IMG/VR virus record: IMGVR_UViG_3300043639_000041
Span: 1 to 50,114 of that record
Direction: 5' to 3' (one strand)
Source of the DNA: a virus
Lineage: Duplodnaviria > Caudoviricetes
Length of the DNA stretch: 50,114 nt
In this document: one piece after another, positions 27,126-37,285 of the stretch
Layout: every line of letters starts with the position of its first letter
Numbering within the stretch: position 1 is the stretch's first letter
Notes under the pieces: model-generated
The model's database searches: none
The model's input: the letters and a program-made list of their open reading frames with translations, nothing else
What the model was told of the DNA's origin: nothing
Program-made: the position numbers and the translations under genes

Positions 27126-29152
27126 GGCGCGTAAACCTGCCCGGCGTGGACCACGCCCCGCTCACCGTTCGGCCCGGTGATCGGTGTCCCGTCCGGGACC
27201 GGCTTTCCATCGGGTCCGGGCGGCGCCGCGCCGATAGGTCGGCCCTTGGGTCCAGCGCCCGTCGCCGGGGGCGTTGGCGATGGTGGCGCGACCGCCGGGG
27301 CCACGGTGTTGACGAGGGGCGAGGGTCGCGGCCCGCCGCCGGGCCATGGCATGACCTGACCCTGGCTGTTGATGATGTTACCCTTCGCGTCCTTCCGCAG
27401 CATGATCAGCAGCCGGGGATCGTCACCGCCTGAAATCTTCGCGGTGTTGCCGATGCCCAGCCGGGCGGTGCCTTCCCGCGCTTCCTTGCTGTCCCGGGGG
27501 ATGACGCCTGTCTCCCGCATCATGTCCCAGGCGCGGGTCACGGCGGCGCCGGGGTCGTTGCGCATCTCGCCCCGTTGCAGGTAACGCGTCAGGGCGTCGT
27601 GATACGCCAGGGTGTCGGGGTCCGCCGTGGGCGTGTAGTGGGTGGTGTCCCACTGGAATGACCCGGACGGGATCGGGTAGAGGCTCTTCAGGTGCGCGTC
27701 GCTTATCTGGCGCATCCGCGCGTCCTGGTCCGGGTTGATCACCTGCTTGGGTATCCCGGCGAACTGACCCTGTTGCCACGCTCCGAAGATGGTATCCGCC
27801 AGCGGCTGGTCGCCCGCCGCCGCTGCCTGGATACCGCCCGCCATTGTCCGGGCGTTGGCCGCGTCGGTGGTCTGAGGCACTGGGGACACGGACGTGTTGT
27901 CCACGGTCTGGGCACCCCGCGTCACATAGGGCGACGGCGCGCCCTTGCCCGTCACGATGGTATGCGCCAGATCGGACTGCGTCGCCTCCATCATGTCGGG
28001 CCGCATCCGCAGTTGCGCCCGGGTCATCTGGATCGGCGCCGCGCCACCCTTGACGGGCACCGCGTAGACCATGTCCCCCTCACTGGCTGGGGCGCTGCCG
28101 GGGGCGGTGCCTTCGGTCGCGATCACGGGACCATTCGGTCCGTTGACCGTCATGGGTTTGCTGGCGGCGATGACGGCGGGGCTGTCGTAGGCGGGCTGAC
28201 CGGGCGCCGCGCCCTTGGTGGATACCATCGGACCATTCGGTCCCTTGACCACGTAAGGCTCAGCCGCCTGGGTGGCGGCGGCGCTGTCGTAGCCCGGCAT
28301 GTTCACCGCGTCGCGCCGACGCATCTTGGTCATCTGGCCGTTGACCTTCACGTCCACCAGTTCGTTGTCGTAGCTCTCACGGGTCTGGGTGCCCGTCTCC
28401 TTGGTGTTCCGTATCGTGTTTTCGCCCTGTAGGCGCGTGTTCGCCAACGTGGTGGTGTTGACCGTGCCCTGGCGGTAGGTGCTCTGATCCTCGCCATACA
28501 TCGCGGACGCGCCGAACCGGCCCAGCATGGTGTTCGCGGTGACCTTGTCGATCACGCCCCGGCTGACCGCCGTGTTGAGCGCGTTGCCCAGGAGCTGCCG
28601 CTGGACCTCGACGGGCCAGCCGGTCTGCGCCAGTTGGGTGGCATACATGGTCAGGTCCATGGGTGGCGCCGGGCTCCCATTGGCCTGGGCCGGTGGCGCG
28701 TTCTTAACCCCGCCGCCCTCCTGTTGGATGCTCCCCGGATGCAGCACGCCGCCCGTGGCCAGGGACGGATCGGGCGGCATGGGCTGGCCGTTGGTGCCCA
28801 GGCTGGGCTGTCCCACCACCGTCTGGGGCAGGGACTGTCCCGCCTGGGCGGGCGGCGGCGGCGGGGCGGCGGCGACAGGAGCGCGCTGGGCTCCAGCCAC
28901 CGTGCCCGCCAAGGGCGAAACCGGCTCGACATAGGCGGGCGGTGTCATTCCGCCGAGTGGGTTGGTGGGCAGACCCCATCGCGCGATGTTCTCTTTCCGC
29001 AGCCGTTGCGACTCGGCTTCGGCCTTCGCCTGTTCCGCGCCATACATGCCAGCCTTGGCGGCGTTGCTCGGATCGAGGGCCGACATGATGCCCCCGGCGA
29101 AAGCGTTGCCGCCCTGGTCCCACATCGGATTGCCGGTGGCGAATACCGCCAT
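27122..29152 (-). CDS. Putative internal virion (ejection) protein
   Basis: AAGGAG SD; Gly/Ala/Pro-rich; position in podovirus-type virion arm. Confidence 0.6.
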   Translation of the reverse strand: MAVFATGNPMWDQGGNAFAGGIMSALDPSNAAKAGMYGAEQAKAEAESQRLRKENIARWGLPTNPLGGMTPPAYVEPVSPLAGTVAGAQRAPVAAAPPPPPAQAGQSLPQTVVGQPSLGTNGQPMPPDPSLATGGVLHPGSIQQEGGGVKNAPPAQANGSPAPPMDLTMYATQLAQTGWPVEVQRQLLGNALNTAVSRGVIDKVTANTMLGRFGASAMYGEDQSTYRQGTVNTTTLANTRLQGENTIRNTKETGTQTRESYDNELVDVKVNGQMTKMRRRDAVNMPGYDSAAATQAAEPYVVKGPNGPMVSTKGAAPGQPAYDSPAVIAASKPMTVNGPNGPVIATEGTAPGSAPASEGDMVYAVPVKGGAAPIQMTRAQLRMRPDMMEATQSDLAHTIVTGKGAPSPYVTRGAQTVDNTSVSPVPQTTDAANARTMAGGIQAAAAGDQPLADTIFGAWQQGQFAGIPKQVINPDQDARMRQISDAHLKSLYPIPSGSFQWDTTHYTPTADPDTLAYHDALTRYLQRGEMRNDPGAAVTRAWDMMRETGVIPRDSKEAREGTARLGIGNTAKISGGDDPRLLIMLRKDAKGNIINSQGQVMPWPGGGPRPSPLVNTVAPAVAPPSPTPPATGAGPKGRPIGAAPPGPDGKPVPDGTPITGPNGERGVVHAGQVYAP

Positions 29153-29164
29153 GTGCTGAACTCC

Positions 29165-30241
29165 TTATGCCGGGACGGTGGCGGTTTTCGGCCTGGGCAG
29201 GACATTCGGTCCGTAGAGCCCGGCGCCGTAGGCCCCCAGGTTGCCGATCCCCTGGATCAGCCCGGCCACCTGTTTCTGCCAGTCGGCGTCGGACGTGGCC
29301 TGTCGGGCGGTGTTGGCGGCGCGGGTGTCGGCATCGGACTGGCCCAGGTTCGCCGCGCCCGTGGTGTTGCCGAACGCCAGCCCGCTGTAGGTGTTCTCGC
29401 CCGCCGCCTTGGCCTGGATGGCGGTATCCTCGGCCCGCCCGTAATCAGTCGCGTGGGCGTAGGCGGTCTGCGACGGCAACAGCCGCACCGCCGATCCGCC
29501 CCTGAGTAGCGTGTCGGCGGTCTGGGCTGGCATGATGCCCGTTTGGTTGGCGGTGATCGCCTGTCCGGTGGTCACCATCGGCTGGCCGTACGACGCCACC
29601 CGGGCGATGTCGGCGCCATACTGGCGGATATTCGCCGCCGCGATCCCCATCCGCCGGGCGAACGCCTGTTTGGTCGCGGGATCGTTCGACGTGGTCATGG
29701 CGCCCGAACCGCTCGGATCGGTGGCCACGGGGCCGGTGGCGCCGGGGGCCTGGATCGTCGTCAGGGATGCCGCCTGATCGTCCTGGTAGCCGGTCTGAGA
29801 CTGGTCCAGGGCGGGACGGCTGGTGGCGGCCAGAAGGTCCCGGGCGCGCTGATCGCCCACGTCCCGGAGCTGGCTGGCGGTGTCGTTCTCCGCCCCCAGG
29901 ACGGTGTTCTGCCGCGTCAGGGCGGCGTCCCGGGCGGCATTGGTGGAGAGCGCCGATGTGGTGCGCGCGGCCAGTTCCCGCCGGGCGGTGTCGGCCTGGG
30001 CGTCGCTCTGGGCGCGGGTGGCGTTGATGCGCTGGTTGAACGCCAGATTTTGCGCTGCCATGGTGGCCGTGTTTTGGTCCCGGATGGCGTTCGCCGACTT
30101 TGTCGCCGCCGCGCTGCCCTGGGCGCCGCTGTAGATGCCGGTCGCCAGCGTCGTCCCCGCCGCTACCCAGGGCGCGGCAGCCGCGATGGCGGCGGCGGTG
30201 GAAGCGCCGACACCGGCACTGACAAGCAGGGCTTCACACAT
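29165..30241 (-). CDS. Putative internal virion (ejection) protein
   Basis: MC start, Ala/Gly-rich termini, helical Gln/Ala-rich core. Confidence 0.6.
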   Translation of the reverse strand: MCEALLVSAGVGASTAAAIAAAAPWVAAGTTLATGIYSGAQGSAAATKSANAIRDQNTATMAAQNLAFNQRINATRAQSDAQADTARRELAARTTSALSTNAARDAALTRQNTVLGAENDTASQLRDVGDQRARDLLAATSRPALDQSQTGYQDDQAASLTTIQAPGATGPVATDPSGSGAMTTSNDPATKQAFARRMGIAAANIRQYGADIARVASYGQPMVTTGQAITANQTGIMPAQTADTLLRGGSAVRLLPSQTAYAHATDYGRAEDTAIQAKAAGENTYSGLAFGNTTGAANLGQSDADTRAANTARQATSDADWQKQVAGLIQGIGNLGAYGAGLYGPNVLPRPKTATVPA

Positions 30242-30252
30242 GGCCGGGTTCC

Positions 30253-31182
30253 TTACTTAAAACCGCCGCTACTGGTGCCTGGGGGGTTCGCCGCCGCCGA
30301 ATAGCCTCTGTTGTAGGCGTAGCCCGTGTTGGCGGCGGCGTTGCCGCCCACGTAGGAGCCCACGCCGCCCAGGACATTGGCGAAGATGTTGGTCAGCGGG
30401 CTGACGGTGGGCACCCCACCCAGGCTGGAAATGGTGTCCCCGGCGGTGTTGGTGACCCCGGAAATCGCCTGTCGCTTGGTGTCCAGCCCGACGCTCACCG
30501 CCTGGTCGTTCACCCCGGCGACCGGCGGACCCACGCTTTCCGACGCGATCACCTGGCCCAGGAGGTTCTTCTTGGCGCCGCTGACATTACCCATGAGCGA
30601 GTTGGTGGCGTCGGTCGCGTTGGCGGTCTGCGCCGCCGTGGCGCGGCCCGAGTCCTCTTCCAACAGGCCCGCCTGATCCGCCGCCGTGGACGACGACCCC
30701 AGCCCCTGCCGGGCCAGCCCGAACGCCAGTTGCTTCTGGGCCAGTCCCTTCTGGTAATTGATGTCGTCGGTGGCCTTGGTCATGTAGTCCTTGGTGTATT
30801 GTTTGAAGTAATCAGGCGAGAATTTGGCGAACGCGTCGTCTATTTGCTTGCTGCCCTCGGACAGCAACTGGGCGCGGCCCGTGTCGTAACTGGTCTGCCG
30901 GGCGGCCTGTTCGTCAGCCTGTTGCTGGAGCTTGTCCTGGGCGGCTTTCTGGTCGGCCAGTTGCTTTTGGTTGAACGCATCCTGGTCCGCCGCGATCTGC
31001 CTCTGTTGGGCCAGTTGCGTGTCCGACGCGTCCTGCTGCGCCATCATCTGCCATTGCGCGTTCGTCCGCGCGCCCCGGTCCACATACTCCTGGGGTATCC
31101 CCGGATCGGACAGGAACACGCTCCCGTCCGACGCCTGGTAGCCCACCTGACGCGGACTGCTGCTGCCACTTTTGAAGCACAT
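30253..31182 (-). CDS. Putative internal virion protein
   Basis: MCF start, Gln-rich coiled coil, Gly-rich C-terminus. Confidence 0.6.
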   Translation of the reverse strand: MCFKSGSSSPRQVGYQASDGSVFLSDPGIPQEYVDRGARTNAQWQMMAQQDASDTQLAQQRQIAADQDAFNQKQLADQKAAQDKLQQQADEQAARQTSYDTGRAQLLSEGSKQIDDAFAKFSPDYFKQYTKDYMTKATDDINYQKGLAQKQLAFGLARQGLGSSSTAADQAGLLEEDSGRATAAQTANATDATNSLMGNVSGAKKNLLGQVIASESVGPPVAGVNDQAVSVGLDTKRQAISGVTNTAGDTISSLGGVPTVSPLTNIFANVLGGVGSYVGGNAAANTGYAYNRGYSAAANPPGTSSGGFK

Positions 31183-31660
31183 CTTTCAACCTCCAGGCAT
31201 ACAGGACGAAATCCTCTTCGCCCCGGCCAAAGCCGCGCAGTAGTCCTTCCGCCACGCCGCCCAGCCGCTCGATGAAGCGCCGGTTGTCGGTGTTCTCGGC
31301 GAGCGCGTAGGCTTCCGCCCGATGCGCCCCGCCGTCGAGCATCAGGGGCAGGACACGCTCCAATGCGTCGCGGGTCAGGTCCTGGGCGATTTTCTTCCAG
31401 TCATCGGTCCCGAAGGCGCCCAGGACACACACGCCCGGGTGGCTCGGCGTGGCCCCGTTCATGGCGACCGGGACACCGTCCGCCCACCACACCGACCATG
31501 TCGGGTTGCCCGAAGCCGTCATCACGTCGGACACGAAAGTCTCGATATCTTCGTCCCAGCGGAGCGCGAATATCTCCCGCCGGTCGCGCTCGCGCAGCCC
31601 GTTGGCGATGTAGCGCACCGCCGTGACGTCCACGGGAAGGCGGAACACGCCGGGCGCCAT
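30914..31660 (-). CDS. GNAT-like virion assembly protein (T7 gp13-like)
   Basis: LRERDRREI, ENTDNRRFIERLG, EDFVLYAW; follows nozzle gene; last about 90 codons overlap the next gene. Confidence 0.65.
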   Translation of the reverse strand: MAPGVFRLPVDVTAVRYIANGLRERDRREIFALRWDEDIETFVSDVMTASGNPTWSVWWADGVPVAMNGATPSHPGVCVLGAFGTDDWKKIAQDLTRDALERVLPLMLDGGAHRAEAYALAENTDNRRFIERLGGVAEGLLRGFGRGEEDFVLYAWRLKDVLQKWQQQSASGGLPGVGRERVPVRSGDTPGVCGPGRADERAMADDGAAGRVGHATGPTEADRGGPGCVQPKATGRPESRPGQAPATG

Positions 31661-33081
31661 TATTTCGTGCTCCCTTCACGGATGTTCAGGTGGATCGCCG
31701 CCAGCACCGCCGGGCCGGGCGCCTCGTGGGTGAGTTCGATCCCCACATGCGTGCCGTAACCGGCGAAGGGGATCGACTGGAGGCCAAAGGTATTATCCTG
31801 GATGGTGGCGACGGGTTCGAACGCGTCCACGTTGTTCGGCAGCATCCCCATGCTCAGCGCCCATTGGCCCTGACACATCAGGTCCACACTTTGGATTTGC
31901 TTGCGCGTGGTGGGGTTTTCCAGGTCATGGTGAGGGGTCCTCACCGTGACTTTGCAACTGTCGTAAGTCTGGTTGTCGTTACCGCCGAACAGATACAAGC
32001 CTTGATCCGGGTTGTGACCCCGACAGAAAATACGGTTCTCCACGACGGCGAACTCGGTCACGTCAAAGCCGGGCAGGAACCGGCTCCAGGCGGTGATGTG
32101 CCCCGCCGGGAAATAACTCAGCACGTAGATCGCCCCGCCGATAGCCAGCCAGTAGCGCCCGGCGATGGGTTGCACGACACACTTGGCGTCCCCCGCCCCC
32201 GCTGGGCTGGTTCGTATGATGGCGGTCATAAGCGGGTCGATGGCGGACCCCACATCGGACACCGCCGCCGTGGTGGTCACTGTCTGGGATTTGAGACTGC
32301 GTATGCCGCTGTCCGACAGGAACAGGATGTCCCCCGTGCCAAACTGCGCCACGCTACGTGAAGCCACGGTGCCGATGCGTAAAAGTTGGACCTGGCTGTC
32401 CTTGGTCGGATCGGGATCAAGTGTCCACAACTGGCTCATCAAACGCGCGAAGACCACCATTTTATCGTAGAAAACTTCCAGGGATTTAACGTCTTCGCCA
32501 TCGGGATCATGCGTCGCGACGTTGATAAACCCAGCTCCGGGGTTGGTGACGTTCGCCGGGTCATTTTGCGCCGGGTCGTTCACCCCGGAAAAACGTAGAT
32601 ACCTACCATCCACGCGATACATCTTGGTTTTATAGGTTCGCGCGTAGATGCCTCGGGAGCCCGAGCCTCCGACTTCCGCCACGATGACACCGTTCCACCA
32701 AATCCAGGTCACGCCCGCCGCGTCCACGGCGATCACGTAAAAGCCCAGGTCGTAAGACTCCACGTCGATGATCTTGTAAGGCGCCGTACCGCCGACCGGC
32801 GCTGTCAGGTTATGCGTCACGATGGGGATAGCCGTGGTGCCCGGGTCAACCGCGCCCAGCCCCACGCCGAATACGTGTAAATTACTGCCCTGACCGAAAA
32901 TATACGTAGCCTCGGGCGGTAACGTGGTCGTCTTGACGAACGCCGGGCGTTTCTCGATCTCGCCGCCGGGGGTCAGCCACGCGTTGTCCAGGATGCGCAA
33001 CGATCCAGCGGGCGCGGTCAGCGCTGTCTTGCGGACATCCAGCCCCTCTTTGAAATCACTGATGGAGTAGACTTTACCCAC
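31660..33081 (-). CDS. Tail nozzle / tubular protein B-like
   Basis: Beta-rich, DFKEGLD...GEIEKRP N-terminus, ITAWS; synteny. Confidence 0.65.
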   Translation of the reverse strand: MGKVYSISDFKEGLDVRKTALTAPAGSLRILDNAWLTPGGEIEKRPAFVKTTTLPPEATYIFGQGSNLHVFGVGLGAVDPGTTAIPIVTHNLTAPVGGTAPYKIIDVESYDLGFYVIAVDAAGVTWIWWNGVIVAEVGGSGSRGIYARTYKTKMYRVDGRYLRFSGVNDPAQNDPANVTNPGAGFINVATHDPDGEDVKSLEVFYDKMVVFARLMSQLWTLDPDPTKDSQVQLLRIGTVASRSVAQFGTGDILFLSDSGIRSLKSQTVTTTAAVSDVGSAIDPLMTAIIRTSPAGAGDAKCVVQPIAGRYWLAIGGAIYVLSYFPAGHITAWSRFLPGFDVTEFAVVENRIFCRGHNPDQGLYLFGGNDNQTYDSCKVTVRTPHHDLENPTTRKQIQSVDLMCQGQWALSMGMLPNNVDAFEPVATIQDNTFGLQSIPFAGYGTHVGIELTHEAPGPAVLAAIHLNIREGSTK

Positions 33082-33086
33082 ATCGT

Positions 33087-33836
33087 TCAGCCCGGCCCGG
33101 AGCCATAGCCCGGCGGGATGTAGTCCAGGCCCACCACGCCGGTATCAAATTCACCCATCGGCGCCCGGGCGTCGCCGCCGCCGCCGCCCATGACGAAGGG
33201 CTCACGCTTATGGCTGAACTGGCGCACGCGATGGCGGCGCATGAGTTCGTTGGCTTTTTGCATCTTTAGCGCGGCATCCTTGGCCTCGTCGCGGGCCAAC
33301 AGTTCGGCGGCGCAAAACATCACGATCAGATGATCCGGCAACGTCGCCTCGTCGGCGTCGTTGATCATCTTGGCGACGGTCTTCGTGCCACGCATCCGAA
33401 GGTGCCCGTGATGCACGTTCGCCGTGGCGTCGGGGATCGGCCAGACTTCGAACATGCCGCTGTCGGCGTTGTGCATCCAACGCCGGGGCGGCCAGGAAGT
33501 CTGGCCGTTATCGCTGTCGTAGAGTTTCAGCTCGCGCGGGCCGATGCCGTAAGTGACATTGGAAATCCACTGGTTCGTGTCCGAAATGAGCCAGAGTTTG
33601 GATATGTCCTCGAAGTCCAGATCAGTGGGGTAGATGTAGAACCGCTGTCCCGTGATCATGGGCGTGTCCCGGTCCACGATGAGCTGCGGCCAGTCGTAAT
33701 CCCGGTAAAGGTCCTGCTGCGTGCGGTTGAGATAGTAGAGTAGCGTGTCCCGGTCATTGATGCCGTGCGCGACATTGGTGGAGTGACCGATCTCGGCGCG
33801 CAGATCGGTCAGCATGTCGCGCAGTTGCTTACCCAC
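33087..33836 (-). CDS. Head-tail adaptor / tubular protein A-like
   Basis: LNRTQQDLYRDYDWP, FEVWPIP; synteny. Confidence 0.65.
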   Translation of the reverse strand: MGKQLRDMLTDLRAEIGHSTNVAHGINDRDTLLYYLNRTQQDLYRDYDWPQLIVDRDTPMITGQRFYIYPTDLDFEDISKLWLISDTNQWISNVTYGIGPRELKLYDSDNGQTSWPPRRWMHNADSGMFEVWPIPDATANVHHGHLRMRGTKTVAKMINDADEATLPDHLIVMFCAAELLARDEAKDAALKMQKANELMRRHRVRQFSHKREPFVMGGGGGDARAPMGEFDTGVVGLDYIPPGYGSGPG

Positions 33837-34515
33837 GGTTCTTCACGGCCTGGCGCTGCACCGTTCCCGGCTTCAAAGCGCCGCCCGCGACGTCGGGCAG
33901 GTGATCGGCGGTGCGCGGCGCCGCCGTGCCCACGCCCTGATTGTTATGCCGGGCGCGGAACGAGGCGGTGTCGGGCAAATCCGGTTTGGCGCCGCCCGCC
34001 GTGGCCAGGACGTCCGCCAGCACGAAGGGATCGGCATCCTCTTCGTCGGCGGCGTGACCCGCGAGCGTGTCGATATCGACGCCCTCTGGTAAGGGCGGCG
34101 GCGGCTCTTCGCGATACTGGCTTACCACGCGCGGCATCGAGGCGGGCGTGGTGAACTGGTCGAGCGGTTTGATGATCGGGTCCGGGCTATCGGGGCGCGT
34201 CGGTCCCGGGACATGGATCGGCAGCATACAATTCGGGATCGTCCCGTCCGCCATGGGCAACCTCGCCGCCGCGCCGGGGAATACCTCCTGGAAATACTTG
34301 TCGCCGTAGATGATACGCAGCCGGTCGCGAACCTCTTGCTGGGTGGTGTCCCATTCACCCACGACATGAATATCGGTGATCGCCTCTTCGCCGTGGATAT
34401 GCTGGAGGATGATCAGTTCGGGGAAGACGATGGGGTTGCCCCGATGCCGCACGACGACCTGGTCCTGGTCGCCCGCGAGAGCGACGGCGCAGCGTAAAAG
34501 TTGGAAAGCGGGCAT
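33829..34515 (-). CDS. Hypothetical virion-module protein
   Basis: GGAGG SD before ATG 34515. Confidence 0.7.
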   Translation of the reverse strand: MPAFQLLRCAVALAGDQDQVVVRHRGNPIVFPELIILQHIHGEEAITDIHVVGEWDTTQQEVRDRLRIIYGDKYFQEVFPGAAARLPMADGTIPNCMLPIHVPGPTRPDSPDPIIKPLDQFTTPASMPRVVSQYREEPPPPLPEGVDIDTLAGHAADEEDADPFVLADVLATAGGAKPDLPDTASFRARHNNQGVGTAAPRTADHLPDVAGGALKPGTVQRQAVKNRG

Positions 34516-34535
34516 GGGACAGCCTCCGGGTTCGC

Positions 34536-34560
34536 CGGGCGGGACACGCTGTCCCGCCCG
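34536..34560. terminator. 11-bp-stem hairpin after capsid gene (no U tract)
   Basis: CGGGCGGGACA-CGC-TGTCCCGCCCG. Confidence 0.5.
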
Positions 34561-34568
34561 TGCATTTG

Positions 34569-35651
34569 TCACGCGATGTCGTAAACGCCGGACCCGTTGA
34601 GCTGCTGCGCGACCATCTGTCCCGTGTGCGTCATGGATTTATACATGACGAACGAGTTGTAAGGCCGTGCCGGGGTAAACCGATGATCCCACTCGCCGTC
34701 CATCTTCATTAAGTAAATTTGGCGCGGGTCCCACCAGTAGAGGCGCTTATTTTTCCCCAAATCATCCAACGTGGGGTCGTACTCGATGATGGTGCCACCG
34801 GGGAGTTTCAGTTGGCCCATGGAGCCGTCCTGAGTTCCCGTGAAACCCGTCATCGAATAGTTACCGTTGGCGCGGAACTCGATCTCCATGGCCGAAATGA
34901 AATCGCTCCCGGCCAGTGCCTTGCTCGGTTTACCGCCGAAACGAATAAGCTGGCGGTATTCCTGCTGCAAGAACGTGATCAACGCGCCGCCGTTGGTCGG
35001 CGCGGACGTGATCACGCCCCTGCCTCCCGCCGCCCCGAACGCCGCCGTGGCCGCGCGATTGCGCCACCACGTATTGGTTCGGGCCAGACCTCCCGTGGTG
35101 CCAACCGCCGGGCTGTCCAGGATGATCGACTGCATCCCGGCCAGCGCCTTGGCATCGGCGACACCGTCGCCCCAAAGCAGGGCGTTCATGGTCCGCGCGT
35201 ATTGCTCGCCAAAGTCCTCCAGCTTGTCCTGAAGCAGGTTCACCAGGACGGTGACCTCCCGGTCGGAGTGGTTGGACATATCCGAACCGTTACCCATGTC
35301 ATCGGTGACACTGATGCCGTCGATCTTCAGCTCGGTGTGCGTCAGCGTCAGACCCAGGTGGTGTTCACGCCAGGGGTAGTTGGCGCGCTTAATGTTGGCC
35401 GGGGTATAGAACGACACCGTATCGTTGTGGGTGTAGCCCACGACTTTGTCGTTGACACCCGCCGCGCCGTAATCGCCCTTGACCGCGAGGGATATATTTC
35501 CCTTGCCACCGGGGAACGATTTGGAGCTGGCCTCGGCCCATTTGAGTAGCGGCTTGGCCTGGATCGACTGTTTGAACGTGTCTCCTTTGTTGAGGTAGAA
35601 ATCCAACGCGGCGTTGGCGATGTGTGCGAGTTCTCCGGCGGTGAAAGCCAT
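34569..35651 (-). CDS. Major capsid protein
   Basis: 360 aa after portal and scaffold; LWGDG, IEYDPTLDD; capsid-like pattern. Confidence 0.8.
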   Translation of the reverse strand: MAFTAGELAHIANAALDFYLNKGDTFKQSIQAKPLLKWAEASSKSFPGGKGNISLAVKGDYGAAGVNDKVVGYTHNDTVSFYTPANIKRANYPWREHHLGLTLTHTELKIDGISVTDDMGNGSDMSNHSDREVTVLVNLLQDKLEDFGEQYARTMNALLWGDGVADAKALAGMQSIILDSPAVGTTGGLARTNTWWRNRAATAAFGAAGGRGVITSAPTNGGALITFLQQEYRQLIRFGGKPSKALAGSDFISAMEIEFRANGNYSMTGFTGTQDGSMGQLKLPGGTIIEYDPTLDDLGKNKRLYWWDPRQIYLMKMDGEWDHRFTPARPYNSFVMYKSMTHTGQMVAQQLNGSGVYDIA

Positions 35652-35670
35652 TTCATGTGACCCATGTCGG

Positions 35671-36768
35671 TCACGACGCGCGCCTCATGTTCGCCAGCGC
35701 CATGATCGCGGCATCCTTCATGGACCTGGGTTCGGGGGCGGCACCGTGGGACGTGCCGTTAATGCCGGAGGGCGCCTGGCGCGTGGGCCGGGGCGTTGGT
35801 CGTGCCCTGGCGAATTGCGCGGTGGCGTCCTGGTAAGCGTCCTGCACGAGCTTCACGGCGTCGGCGGGTGTCCGGGGGACGCCACGCTCCTGCATGTAAG
35901 CCTGGGAAAAACGCTGCACGGCAACGGCTTTGAGGGCGTAGTCCGGGTCCCGCTTCCTGATACCGTCTTCCCAGTCGGCGACGGCGACGCGCACCGCTTC
36001 TATCGCGCGTCCCTGCTGTTCCTGGGTGCGCGCGGTTGTCTCATCGTTGGCGCGGCTCTCGGCCTGATTGGCCCTGAACCGTGTCGTGGTGAGTTCGCGT
36101 GCGGTGGCCTCGGTGATCAGCCCATCGTCAACCTGCTGCTGAAGGTCCGGGGGAAACCGGAGCCCAAGCGCTTCCTGGGCGGCTTGCACATACGGCATCA
36201 CGCCGTTGAGGAAGCCCTGGAAATCGCCCTTTCGCAGACTGGCGCCGACGCCCAACAGAAGATTGACATCTTCCGGGGCGAGCTGGTTTTCGCGCAGATA
36301 GCCCTGGAGTTGCCGATGCTGATCAAGCTCCGGTGTCAGGCGCTCCAGCGCCGTCCTGGCTTCGTCACGTTGGCCGAGTAACCGTTCGAACCGCTTGCGT
36401 GTCTCCGGTCGCAGTTTGCGGAGTTCGGCATCGGTCGGATCGGCTTCGGTTTGATTGGCATCAGGTGTTGGTGTCCCGGGGTCCGCCCCGGTGGTCCCAT
36501 CCGTGTCCGTGTCCTGTCCTCGTGTCGCGGCATCCTCGGTGGATGCGGGCGTTTCCTGGACTTTGACTACCGCGCGGACCGCCGCCAGCAGGCCGTCACG
36601 ATCAGACAGTGGGGTGTCGCCTGACGAGGGCGAGGGTTTGGCGTCGTCGCCTGACGAGGGCTGCGTTTCCGTCTGGTTGGGCGTGGTTTCAGTCGCGGTG
36701 GACGAGGCCGCGTCGCTGCCGTCCATGGCGTCGGTGAGCGTGGGGTTGGCGTCTTCAAATTCTGCCAC
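35671..36768 (-). CDS. Capsid scaffolding protein
   Basis: Acidic disordered N-terminus, RKRFERL coiled coil, position before capsid gene. Confidence 0.7.
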   Translation of the reverse strand: MAEFEDANPTLTDAMDGSDAASSTATETTPNQTETQPSSGDDAKPSPSSGDTPLSDRDGLLAAVRAVVKVQETPASTEDAATRGQDTDTDGTTGADPGTPTPDANQTEADPTDAELRKLRPETRKRFERLLGQRDEARTALERLTPELDQHRQLQGYLRENQLAPEDVNLLLGVGASLRKGDFQGFLNGVMPYVQAAQEALGLRFPPDLQQQVDDGLITEATARELTTTRFRANQAESRANDETTARTQEQQGRAIEAVRVAVADWEDGIRKRDPDYALKAVAVQRFSQAYMQERGVPRTPADAVKLVQDAYQDATAQFARARPTPRPTRQAPSGINGTSHGAAPEPRSMKDAAIMALANMRRAS

Positions 36769-36876
36769 GTTGCCGGTCCTGGCTGAAACCAGGATCGCTT
36801 ATGGCCCGTGTTGTGTTGTGTTGTCCAGTGCGTGCATGATTTTTAGCGGGACATGCCTACCAACAGGAGCCGCCTC

Positions 36877-37104
36877 ATGAGCGAAACACCCACCCGCTTC
36901 ACGCCGCTGCCCCGGACACGGGAGATCATCCTGACCCCGGACTATGGTCCGGTCGCGACCCAGCTCATGGGTTACGCCGAACAGATGTTCAACGCGGCGG
37001 TGTACTGGACCGACCTGGGGAACGAGGACAGAGCCATCCAATGCCATCAGTCATCGGCGCTATACCTCCAGGCCGGGATGGCGGCGTTCCTGAACAAGGT
37101 TTGA
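36877..37104 (+). CDS. Hypothetical protein antisense to structural operon (moron-like)
   Basis: AGGAG SD, 75 aa, downstream terminator. Confidence 0.6.
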   Translation: MSETPTRFTPLPRTREIILTPDYGPVATQLMGYAEQMFNAAVYWTDLGNEDRAIQCHQSSALYLQAGMAAFLNKV

Positions 37105-37112
37105 CCCGTTCC

Positions 37113-37250
37113 GGGGGAGCCGCCGTCCAGAAGTTACCCCCTGGACGGCAAACTCCTACCGCCGGATAATAGTGAGCTTGATCTTTACAATCACACGCAC
37201 CACTATCCGTGGCAGGAACCGCTGATGCTTCTCCATCAGTAGTTCCCTCC
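37113..37250. ncRNA. Candidate structured RNA (three consecutive hairpins)
   Basis: Stems GCCGTCCAG/CTGGACGGC; long imperfect stem 37155-37217; GGAACCGCTGATG/CATCAGTAGTTCC. Confidence 0.4.
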
Positions 37251-37252
37251 AG

Positions 37253-37285
37253 AAAGCCCGTCAGGCCCATCCTGACGGGCTTTTT
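37253..37285. terminator. Bidirectional intrinsic terminator
   Basis: AAAGCCCGTCAGG-CCCAT-CCTGACGGGCTTTTT. Confidence 0.85.

Noticed and set aside
37220-37260. Hammerhead ribozyme (CTGATG...GAAA)
   Set aside because: Core reads CUGAUGC, is sequestered in a stem, and required helices around GAAA are absent
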